This document shows, one piece after another, positions 37,401 to 49,400 of a stretch of DNA of 64,000 bases. The notes beneath the pieces were generated by a model that was not told where the DNA came from, made no database searches, and saw only the letters and a program-made list of their open reading frames with translations. Numbering within the stretch: the stretch's first letter is position 1; every line of letters begins with the position of its first letter. The stretch comes from Cycas panzhihuaensis (lineage: Eukaryota; Plantae; Cycadophyta). Where the stretch lies: the NCBI GenBank assembly GCA_023213395.1, contig CM041465.1:218681741-218745740 (forward strand), read 5' to 3'. Both the position numbers and the translations under genes were made by a program.

Positions 37401-40400
37401 CACTCATTTTCAATGGAATACAATTTTTCGCATGACAATTTCAACAAAAACAAACAGATATAAAAGATGAAATCAATGACAATGCTTGTGAAGCATGAAG
37501 CTTCAATTTCAAGAAGACCATACACCAAACTATTGTAATAGTATAACACAATGAGTTGAAATCAAATACTTTAGTGTGAGACAACCCAAGATGAATAAAG
37601 TACTTGAAACCATTTATAGGAGAAAGCAATATAACAACTTTAGGAGGGGGTGATCCTTAATTTATAAGGGCCACTGTCAAGGGGAATATTCATTAGTTTA
37701 TTTGTGCTGGAATCAAATGCACAAGGAGATGACAACATTGTATCAAATAAAATTAGTCCACCTTTAGAAAAAATCAAATCTTTCACTAAACTCTCAATCC
37801 TATTTACATTTTCCTATATATGATGGTGAATAATAGTCCAACTAATTCACCGAATGTGAATATATAAACATTATCATAATTAATATTCTAATACTCCCCC
37901 TTAATGTTTATATCATTAATTTTGACACCTACTCTGTCTTGAACTTTTGGAATTTGTCCCATGCCAAAGGTTTGGTGAAGATGTCTACCAATTATTCATC
38001 AGTAGGCCTATACACCAACTCAATCTCTCCACTCTAGATTAACTCTTTAATGAAGTGATGATGGACTTCAAAGTGTTTAGTATGATCATGAAATATTCAA
38101 TTCTTGGCAATCTTCAACGCATTCTAATTGTCATAGAACAACTTCCTTACATCTTTCTAATGAAGACCCATGTTGCCAAGAATCTGTCTTTGCGAGATGG
38201 CTTATGTAGTTGCTACAGCTACAACTTTGTATTCAGCCTCAACAAAGGAGAGAGCAACATTTGGCTACTCTTTGTTGCTCCATGTAACTATAACTAACCC
38301 CAAATTGAAAGAGTATCCAAATGTGGACCTCCTACTATCAGCATAGCCAACCCAGCCTAAATTTGTGTATCCCTCCAACTTGAAGTTGTCATTGTGAACA
38401 AACTCAAGTCTATACTACAGTATTCCCTGCAAGTATCTTAGGATCCACTTTGCAATTGTCCATGGCTTTACTTTAACTTTGCCATGAATTTGGAAACCAT
38501 CCCAACTACAAAATAAATGTCAAGCCCGGTTCTAGTCAGATAGATTAGACTACCAACCAGTTGCCTATACAAAGTGCCATCTGTTGAAGCTCCAACATTT
38601 TCTACTATCAACTTTATACAAGTCTCCATGGGAGTTGGTGTAGGTTTACACTGCTCCATTCTAAGTTTCTTCAAAAGCTCCTTAGTATATTTCACCTGTG
38701 AGATGAAGACTCTATCAGATCTGTACCACACATCCACACCAAGGTAGTAATGAAGCACACTAAGATTTGTCATTTCAAAAACATGAGTCAAATCTTTCCT
38801 CAACTCAGATATCATTGCAATATCATTATTTGTGATCAACAAATCATCAACATATAAAACTACAAAGGCTATGTTCTCATCCCAAAGCTTTATGTACAGG
38901 TTTGAGTCAATTGGCAATCTCTCAAACCCAGTCTTTAGGAAATACTAATAAATTTTCTTGTACCAAGCTCTAGGAGCTTCAATCAGCAACCCAAGCATTC
39001 ATCATCTTTCTTCACATAACTAAGTGGTTGTTCCATGTAGACTTCTTCAGTCAAGTTTCCATTCAAGAACACACTTTTTGCGCCCATCTAGCACAACTGC
39101 CATTTGAACTGAGCAGCCAACACTAGACTAATCCTGGTGGTGTTCATCTTCCCTACAAAGAGCAAATGTCTCCTGAGAGTCAATTCCTTCCTTCTGATTG
39201 AAGCATTTAGCCACAAGTCGAGCTTTGTGCTTGTCAACCATGGCATCAAACTTGGTCCTATAAACCCATTTGCATCCAAATACCCACTTCCCTACTTGCA
39301 ATTCCACCAAGTCCCAAGTTTGATTCTTCGTCACTACCTAGATTCTGGTGTCCATAGTAGAATTCCACTTTTGTTCTTTACATGCTTCCTCAAAAGTGGA
39401 AGGCTAATCAACACTTAATACCTGTGCCATAAGAGCATAGTTGACTTGTTCAAAGGTCACATTTCAAATTTTTGCTTACCTTCCATGTTAGGTAACCAAT
39501 TTTGATGTCGTTAATGGTCTTCAAGCACCATTTAAGCTTTTTTTTTTTTTGAGGTGGTGCAACTTATGACTTAGGATCGTTAAAATGAAATGACTCTACC
39601 TTAGTTGGATCATCAACCTCAACCATTCCATTCGTAGTCATCAGTCCTATCTCAAGTATAACACCATCCCGCAAGGAACTACATGCACGTTGCTACTCAA
39701 CATGCTCAATGTTAATAGAATCTAAAGCAGATGTATCATCTTCATCCAAGATGGAATCACGAGTTGTGTGTAGCTGTCAGTTTTTCAACTCAAAGACATG
39801 GTAAGCCTCACCCTATTCAAAATACCCAATCAAGATGCACTTGGAACTTTTATTACTAAAGAGGGCACACAAATGGTTTCCTATCTGATCAAGCCTCCCC
39901 AAGTGTCATGTTCTTGATTACCTTTGTAGAACCCCTATTGGTCAGATACGCAATAGTATGCATTGCTTCTACCCACATGTACTCTGCAACATTATGTCCT
40001 TTCATCATTGACTTTGCCTTCTCAACCAATGTCCTATTCATTCGTTCTACTATGGCATTCTGCTATGGTATGTAGGCAGTTGAAAACTACCTCTTGATGC
40101 CATGATCTTTACAGAATTGATTGAATTCATTGGATGTGAATCCACCTCCATTGTTAATTTGCAGGTTCTAGATCTTGTTCCCAGATTTCGTTTCAGCCAA
40201 TTCTTTGAATTGTTTGAAAACACTAAAAGCCTGTAATTTTTCCCTTAAGGGAAACACCCACACTTTCCTAGGAAAGTCATCAATGAAAATTAGGAAATAT
40301 TTAGCTCCACCAAGCGATGTTATCGACATCAATCCAAAACTATCTAAGTGCACTAAGTTGGGTTTCTCCTTTACTTGCTAAGCTTGCTTCCTTGGGAATG

Positions 40401-43400
40401 GTTTTTGGTGTTGTTTGCTCAACATACAAGGTTTACACAAGCTATTTTTCAATTAAATTTTTGGAAAACCATGCACCATGTTCGACTTATACATTAGCTG
40501 GAGACTAGAGTAATTCAAATGCCTCAGTCTTTCATGCCATAACTTTTGCTTAGAAGACATAACAATAAGGGCATTTTGAACCTCAAACATGTCATCTAAC
40601 CTATACACATCATCTTTTCTAGCACTCATTGCTACAATGTTTTTATTATGATCTCTGATGATACATTTACCATTCTCAAATAGGACATTCATTCTTTGTT
40701 GTTCAACCTATGACACAAAAATGAGGTTGGCCTTCAGGCCTAATACATAGAGAACATTGTTGAGATTGTTAAAGTTAATGTTTCAACTCTAAAAGCTCTT
40801 AAGTTATTGTTGAGGGTCATGTGTCATAAATCCCTCTTTTGTTTTATGTTGACAAGTGGTCGACATGTACAGGCCCTCTATTGTAATCTCGATGTATATA
40901 TGAGAGTTTCTCCTCTCCTTTAATCTATGAAAAAGAATGGTTTTTTTCATCCCTAAAATAGTTCCTTGTTTGTAAATGTGATTTTAGCATGGTATTAGAG
41001 CAGATTCTGTCAATTTTAAGGAGTAAGTGCATCTCTCCAATTTTTTGTAAAGAAGATGGCAATTTGAGTAAAGAATAAGTATGCCCTTAAGATTTTTTGA
41101 AGAAAAGTAATTGTTGTGTGAGGAAGAAAAGTATAGACGGAATTGTATAGAATCATACTAACTTGTAAAGGCATGTACGATCAATTTTTCAAAGTTCTAA
41201 GATCAAACCAACATTTTATCAATGTGGGTGCCTCTTCAAGCCAAATAACTTTCTCCAAAGTGGCAGCGGCATCTCCAAATTTTGTTTCTACAGGCCAGGA
41301 TTTGCAAAAAATCAGATGCGTGGGTTTAGAGCTTTCTGAGCAAATTTCTCTCAATTTTTTGAGTTTCAAAGTCTAATACCTGTCTCAATCTCTTCGTTTT
41401 CTCTTAAACTTTCTATCAAGCACTATTTTGCAGATTTTCCATTGAGAATCTAAGAAGAAAAGAGCAAAAATCGATTTTCATACCCTAGGTTTTTTAAAGT
41501 TTTCAAAAGAGTTTCTAACCAAAATACAAGTCTGATTGAAAAAATGATTATAGATTCAAAAATAAGCATTGGAAAAATCTCTGATTTAAGGGTATTTTCA
41601 TTTTCATCGATACATCCGTACTTTTATGTACAGTTGTATGGTCATACAACCCAAACTCTGAGTCAATTTCTTCTCCTGTTCTTTTTTTTTTTTTGTTTTT
41701 TAAATCTCTTATTTTAGAAAAATGGGCTCCACTCTTTGTCTAGGAGATTTTTGGCAAATTGATAAGAGAAAATTACAATTCATGGAAATTAAAATGAAAG
41801 GGTTACTTGTTACAAAAAATGCCTAGAATCTTGTAATACAATCAAAGGAGAAACCTAGTCAAGTAGTTTCCCTTAAGCTTGTAAGTTTGGAAGAGAGAGA
41901 CAAGATTGCATATGGAGCAATCATGTTTTCTATAAAAGACTCTCTATTATCTCATGTCAATAAAGCAAGATCTTCCATAAAAGCCCAAAAATTTCTAGAG
42001 GCCTTGTTCAATCAGAAAAATGAAGCAAAAATTGTGTCATTAAGAGGCTATCTCTATCAAATTCATTTGAAGGGGGGGACAGTCTGTGTTTGACTTCATC
42101 ATTAGGGTGACTAAAATCAAAAACAACTTAGCTTTAGTTGGGGAAACTATTTCCAACAATAACGAACTTGTTCATTTAATCCTCAATAAGCTATCAAAAA
42201 CCTTTGGCAATCTGGTAAATACCCTTACTATTGGAGGACAAGCCTCCAAAATGTCATTGTGATACTCTTTGTGGACATTTGCTATAACAAGAACAGAGGC
42301 TAAAATGATATGAAGAGGAAATAGAAATCGAAGAAGCATTTATCTCAAGGCTAAGAGTTGATGAAAGAGGATGCCCTAGAAGCATTTCCAAAGATCAATT
42401 AGATTCTAGAGGTAGATTGGAAAGCAAAGGCAGATTTTCAAGAGGAAGGTCACCAGATACATGCATCTGCTATCAGTGTGGAAAATATGGGCATCTGGCA
42501 AGCAACTATAGATCAAAAAATTCACGAACATGTTATCATTGCAAGAAGACCGGAGATTATGCAAATAATTGTCCTCAAAGATGATCAGATATTTACGAAG
42601 GCAAATGGCTTGAAGGTAATTATAGCAACACAAAACATGAATATGATGAGGAAACTGCATTCGTTGTTGCCCTAGCATCTCATGTTCAAGGAAATGAAGA
42701 TTACTTCATAGACTCCGACGCATCAAACCACATGACAAGGAGGAAAGAATGGTTTGAAGATCTGCATCTGTATTACCTCAACAAATCAATAGAGCTCGGT
42801 GATAGTTTCCCTCTGTGTATCAAAGGAAAGGGAACTATTGCCATCAAAATTAATAATGAAATCAAAAAGATTGGAAATGTGTTATTTGTACCTAGTCTGA
42901 AAAGAAACCTTCTTTTTGTGTCTCAATTGAGAAAAAAGAAACTTCCTGTTATCTTTGATATAGATGGGACATGCTCCATTTGTGATATGAAACAAAATGG
43001 AATTGCAATTGCTAAAGGAATAGAGATTGATAATCTCTATAAATTAGTCTCTTCTCCTATCTAGCCTCGTCCTGTAAAATCTTTGGTTGTTCAAAGCACA
43101 AATAATGAAATATGGCATTTAAGGTATGGTCATATTACAAATAATAGATTGGAAATGTTAAAGAAGTTGAATATGGTGAAAACTCTACCTAAAATCTCAT
43201 TTAACTCATCTATTATGAGAGTCGTATGTTGGAAAAACACCACAAATCACAATTTCAAGAAAGTGCATGGAGGTCACAAGAAAAATTGGAGCTAATCCAC
43301 AGCGATATTTGTGGACCAATTACTCCAAATTCTATAAATGGAAGCAAGTACTTTCTCATTTTTGTTGATGATTATACAAGGAAAATGTGGGTTTATTTCA

Positions 43401-46400
43401 TTTTTAACAAGTCAGAAGCATTAGATGTTTTTAAAGAATTCAAACCTCAAGTTGAGTTAGAAAGCGATTATAAGATCAAAACCCTCAGAACAGGTAGTGG
43501 AGGGGGATATGTTTTGAATGAACTCTTTTGCTTCTACAAATTGCATGGTATCCATAGACAACTTACTACTCCTTACACCCCACAATCAAATGTAAAAGCA
43601 GTGAATACAACAATTTATATCATAAATAGAAGTCCTACTCAAGTTCTAAAAAAATATCACTCTAGAAGAAAAATGGACAGATAGGAAACCTAAATAAGTC
43701 ATCTTAGGGTTTTTGGGAATACAACTTATGTATATGTTCCCACTCAAAAGAGAGCTAAACTAGATGACAATAGCATTAAGTGCATCTTTGTAGCGTACAA
43801 TAGCAAATCCAAGGCGTATAAATGCATAGACTCAAAAAATAATAGAATTTACATCAGCAGAGATGTAACCTTTATGGAAAGCTCTCCCAAAGAAATTCAT
43901 CTAACCAAGACTTCCTAAGAGTTAATAATTCGCAAAGAAGTCTCCAAAGAAGTATCTCAAAATGAGAATCAGGGAGAAGATACTTCAGAAAAATCCACCA
44001 CTGATAGTACTCAAGGAAGTAGGGAACAGGGACAGAATATCACATCCGATAACGAACAAGAAAGAGGCATCTCAAGAAGATCTAGCTCTCATAAAGAAAG
44101 TGAACAAAACCTTCTAAGAGGATCTACCTCTCATGAAGGTAGTGATCAAAGCACTCTGAGGGAACAACAAATGAAGAAACTTCCAAAATGGTACCTAAAA
44201 ACCTTAGAAGAGTCCAAAGGGAAAGTTTTTGAACAAAAGACGAAATCTCGAAGGCATCAAGCCTTAATCTGTTCAATCAAAACTCAGAGTTTTAATGAAG
44301 CATGTCATAATTCAGAATGGCAAAAAGCCATGGATGTTGATATGATGGCCATAAAGAAGAATAAAACATGGCAACTCGTTAAGCCACCAAAAGGCAAACT
44401 AGTTGTAAGGTGCAAATGGGTGTACAAAATCAAGGAAAAATTAGATGGCAGTATTGACAAATATAAAGCAAAATTAGTAACAAAACGTTATACTCAAACA
44501 GTAGGAATTGCTTATGAGAAAACATTTTCCCCTATAGCTAAAATGATAACAATCAGAACTATTATTGCAATAGCAGATCACTTTAGATGGAAAGTTGCTC
44601 AACTTGATATAAAAAGTGCCTTTTTAAATGGAGAATTAGACGAAGAAGTATACATGGAGAAACCTCTAGGCTATATGAGAAAAGAAGAGGAACATTTAGT
44701 ATATAGGTTTAAAAAGGCCTTAATCCGGCATGGTACGCAAAACTAGATTCCCACCTTAAGCAAAATGGGTTCAATCGGTTCGAATCTGATCCAAGCCTTT
44801 ATACAAGAATAAAGAATGGTTTGATCACCATAATCGTTGTATATGTGGATGGCATGATTGTTACAAGCAGTGATCAAAAAACAATTAAGTGGGTAAAATC
44901 CAAATGGAAAATGAGTTTGAAATGATAGACATGGGTCAATTACATTATTACCTTGGCATTGAGGTAAGTCAAAAAGACAACTCCATCTTCATATCTCAAT
45001 CAAATATGCCAAGAATCTCTTAAAAAGATTCAATATGGAAGATTACATCGCCATCCTCACTCTAATGGAGACAGGATGTGTTTTGACAACAAAAGAAGAC
45101 AGCCAATGAGTAAATGAGACTTTATACAGGCAGCTTGTTGGAAGTCTCATACATCTGACAACAAACAAACCACACATATCATACTCAGTCGAAATCGTCT
45201 CCAGATTCATGCATGCTCCAAAAATCATTCATGGGAACATAGCTAAAAGAATTCTAAGGTACATCAAAGGCATTTTAAATATAGGATTGAAATATGACAA
45301 AAATTCTAATCTTAATCTAATAGGATACTGTGATTCGAATTGGGCTCATGATCGTCATGAGAGAAAATCTACTTCTAGGTACTGCTTCACCTTAGGATCA
45401 ACCATAACATCCTGGAGCAATAAAAAATAGGCAATTGTTGCTTTATCACCTACAGAGGCAGAATACAAACCAGCTGTAAGTGCCACTTGTGAAGCAATCT
45501 AGCTCAATCTATTGCTCAAAGACTTGAATCAGGAAATATTTGAATCCACTCCAACATTTTGTGATAACCAGAGTGTTATCAAATTGACAAAGAATCTGAT
45601 CTACCATGCAAAAACAAAACATATTGAAGTTTATCATCATTTTATACGTGAGAAAGTTCAAACCAAAAAGATCAATCTTCACCACTGCAGTAGTGAGCAT
45701 CGACTTGCAGACATCTTCACCAAGCCATTGGGAAGAGATAAATTCTAATACCTTCAAAGATTTCTAGGAGTTCAAAACAAAGGATAAAACATTAAGTGGG
45801 GATATTAAAGTTATTGTTTTATCTCTAAAAGCTCTTAAGTTATTGTTGAGGGTCTTGTGTCATAAACCCCTCTTTTATTTTATATTGACAAGTGGCCGAC
45901 ATGCATGGGCCCTCTATTGTAATCTTGACATATATATATAAGAGGTTCTCCTCTCCTTTAATCTATGAAGAAGAATGGTTTCTTTCATCCTTGAGTTAGT
46001 TCCTTGTTTGTAAATGTGATTTCAACAGAGATAGCATTTCTCTCCATTGATAGATGGATAGATGGGTACCTCTCCAATTCCTTTAGCATTCAACTCTATG
46101 TTGTCGCCAATGGTGACTATTTGACCGTGGACCTCCCACATAGGTTGGAACCAATCCAATTTACTTGGGATATGTCTAGTAGCACCTGAGTCAATATACC
46201 AAACATTTTATCCATTACTCTATCTTACAAGCCACGATAAAGAGCCTTCTACCTCTGTCATCTCCTCCAAAAGGAAGTTAACCAAAAAAGTGTACACATT
46301 GCCCTAATGATTTATGGTGTTGTTGTTGTTGTTGTCGTCGTTGCAGTTGCTACTACTACTGCAACTCCCAACAATCCCTCCTCAAATGTCCAACCTGACC

Positions 46401-49400
46401 TTTCGAACTTCCACCCTCCTACTAACATTGTGTTTAGAGGACACAACATTCCCTCTAGGAATGAATGACTTTTTCCCTTTCATTTTGGCTGCTACAACTC
46501 CAAACATCTCCTCAGTGTGTTACTCCTTTATCCTTTGTTCATAATTAAGCAATTGAGATTCTAAACCATTGAATGTCAAGAAAGAAGGTTTGGCTACCAA
46601 TGTCAAAGTTGTGACAAAATTTTCATATGCATTTAGCAAGCTTGTCAACACTAGAGTGACCAATTTTGCACCTGTCATAGTCATCCAATGGTCATCAACT
46701 GATCCTACATGGATTTCATTTGCTAAAGATAATCAAACACTAGCCCTTTCAGCTTCAAATTGTAAAGTTGGTTGCACAACATCAAGACTCTCACATCATC
46801 CTTATGCTCATATAGGGACATGATCACATCCCAAGCCTCCTTTCGGGTAATGGCACATTTGACATTAACAATCAAGCTACCTCTAGTCAATAAATTGATG
46901 AATCTCAGCGTGATTCGCATCTTGGCATCAAACTCTACCTTATAATCCAAATCCTTCATCCTTTCAGCAAATTTGACTTTTTGAACAATGCCAACACCCA
47001 TGACTGATTCATCAACATACTTCCACATGTTCTTTAGACTGAGGAAACTAACCATTTGGTGTTTCCATGTGGGGCAGTTTTTAATATTGATCAGCCTCTC
47101 TATTACTGACCCCATGATCCCACCTCCACTAGCCATGATGTATAGATAAAATGGCAAGAAAATGGGTGACAAATACACCAAAAAAAGGAACTCACCAACC
47201 ACCAAAACAAACACACTTGCAGGCTAAAAATGGTCCAACAACACACCAAAAAAGTTGATTTTATTAATTCTTATGTATACTTTCCTCGATCACTACATAG
47301 AGTGCAGATATTCACCAAAAAAATCATCGATCTATACACAGATGGCCAGAAAATTGAACTTAAAACATCAAATTTTAGTGTTTACATTGTTTGCAGCACA
47401 TTTTGGTCCATAGGACCAACTTCAAATAAAAGAGCATAGAAAAATATGTGTGCAAGGAGTTTTCAAAAACAGATTTTGACTGCAAACGAACTCGAAAAAT
47501 TGAATTAGCCCTTTGTTGGTCTATGTGACCAAGGACTTACATAACCAACAAGCTAGTGGAGTGAGGATTTCAAAATTTATGAAATTAGTTTCATTAACAT
47601 AAAAACATTGTAAATAAAATATTGCCCTAGTTTTTTATTTCTCCTCTCTGCATTTGAATTTCGACGGTGGCGTCAATGGATCATGGCCTGCTCACAGGGT
47701 TCAAGATGATCATCTCTTTGGCTCCAGTTTATGCTTCCATCTCAATGGATCATTCCCTGCTATCCTTAAACATTTCTTTCTACCATACAGCATCTTGGGC
47801 TCCACTGAAAGAGTCTTCACAATACGGATAAAAAAAAAAAACAATCGACAATATGAGCTCTTTCATCAAGTTGAGGGTCTACTAGCCCCACTCTCCTAAT
47901 AAAGTTGCGAGGTCACCCCCAAATGTCCAATTGTCAAGAATCCAAAAAAGGCCTCCAAAGCAAATCAAGGCACCATCATTCTCTTTGTAAACACGATAGT
48001 TGTGCACACAATGTTTCATACGAGGTGATCCTAGGGTTTCCAATGTGAGTTTGATCAAGTGGATAGAGATGCAGCACTGACCAACCAACAAACGGTCACT
48101 AGTTCAACTCCCACCAAGTCAACCCACTTGCAAATACATTATAGTCCCTAGTGTCACCATGGCAAGACCAATATTGACATTTGGGGGGGGAGGGTGGTAA
48201 TCCAGGCCGTCTTTAAGGAAAAACAGTATAATCACAATCTTAGCCGAAGACCCATGATCTATTCCTGCCCCTAATCCCGGAAGGGCGGTGGTGTTTAGTA
48301 ATCCAGGCTGTCTATTGTGCATTTCAAATCTTTTCCTTGATCTTACCAAGGAGGGCCTAGCGCACATAGTGTAGCATACAGTTTGCTGGATTTTAAGAAA
48401 TTCCCATTGATCTTTACCACTTCTAGTAGGCATTGACAGTGACAGCCCATTGGAAACCTTCACTCCATTTTGTACTAAAGACATAGAGGTTTTTGTCCAT
48501 CAATCTGTTACAATGTGATTGGATCAAGATTGAGGATTACATCGTTGACTCCCACTCTGATATCACATTGGAATCAAATGCATAGTGAGAAGACAATGTT
48601 GCATCAGGTAAAATTAGACTACCTTGAAAAAATCAAATCTTTCATTAAACTCTCAATACTGTGTACACTTGCTGATACATCATGGTGAATAACTGTCCAA
48701 CTAACTCACCAAACGTGAGTAGATAAACATTATCATGATTAATATTCTAATAATTTGGGTCACAGGCCCAAACATGCAAGGCTTATCATTTTACGAATTC
48801 CATCAGAAATGCAAAAGATCAAATTGGTTGCCAATTTATGTCAAGCTGATAACTGCAAGAAATTAGCTGGTCTTTAGAAATCGCCGGTGACAATCTAACA
48901 GCCTTCCAACCTAAGGAGGTTGAACACGACTTCTGCAAGAAAGAAATATGCACAAACAAATCGATCACCCCTTCTGTAAAGCCTAAGAAGAGGGAGAACT
49001 TATAGCATTGATCAGGGATATCAATGGATTAGAAAACAACCAGAAATTTTAGAGGTGACACTGGAAATTGTTACCAACAGACAAAATAGATGATTTTCCA
49101 ATAACAGTTGGTACTTTCTGTAATTTGACGAGAAAGGATTGTGGTGTAGTGCTCCATCCCCTCTCAATGTAAGTAAAATTGAACAATCCATGACAAAATT
49201 CTTGGGACATAGTGAAGATAAGTAATAGGAGGTTTTCACAAGAGAGAAGAAGGTAGAGGGTTACCCAGTTGAGTTGTCATATGCCAAGATGCAAAATGTG
49301 GAACCTTTAAAAAGATGGTTGGTTACTCCAAGAACTGGAACTTGGTATATATATAGTTGTCAGACACTTAAAACAAATCCATCTGAAGATTTGAATCTCA

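Larger units (their letters stand above)
40767..46027 (+). mobile_element. Copia C: full-length decayed Ty1/copia element (5.26 kb) nested in copia B
   Basis: LTRs 40767-40989 and 45803-46027; perfect TSD GAGAT; PBS TGGTATTAGAGC 40990-41001; PPT AAGTGGGGA; gag, PR ([10 protein letters not shown]), IN ([11 protein letters not shown]), RT ([13 protein letters not shown]), RH ([16 protein letters not shown]), all with stops or frameshifts. Confidence 0.95.
37705..48752 (-). mobile_element. Copia B: decayed Ty1/copia element (~5.8 kb of its own sequence) in intron 4, interrupted by copia C
   Basis: LTRs 37705-37893 and 48566-48752; perfect TSD ATTTG (37700-37704 and 48753-48757); PBS-like 48565-48554; PPT AAGGGGGAG; gag near 47133, IN (40168-40692), RT ([10 protein letters not shown], 38468-39334), RH. 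Confidence 0.93.

Noticed and set aside
44777-44790. GGTTCGAATC tRNA T-loop/B-box-like motif
   Set aside because: Lies within copia C RT coding sequence (RFESDP); no cloverleaf
46314-46544. ORF with a signal-peptide-like poly-Leu start
   Set aside because: Antisense reading of an Asn/Asp/Ser triplet repeat in copia B gag
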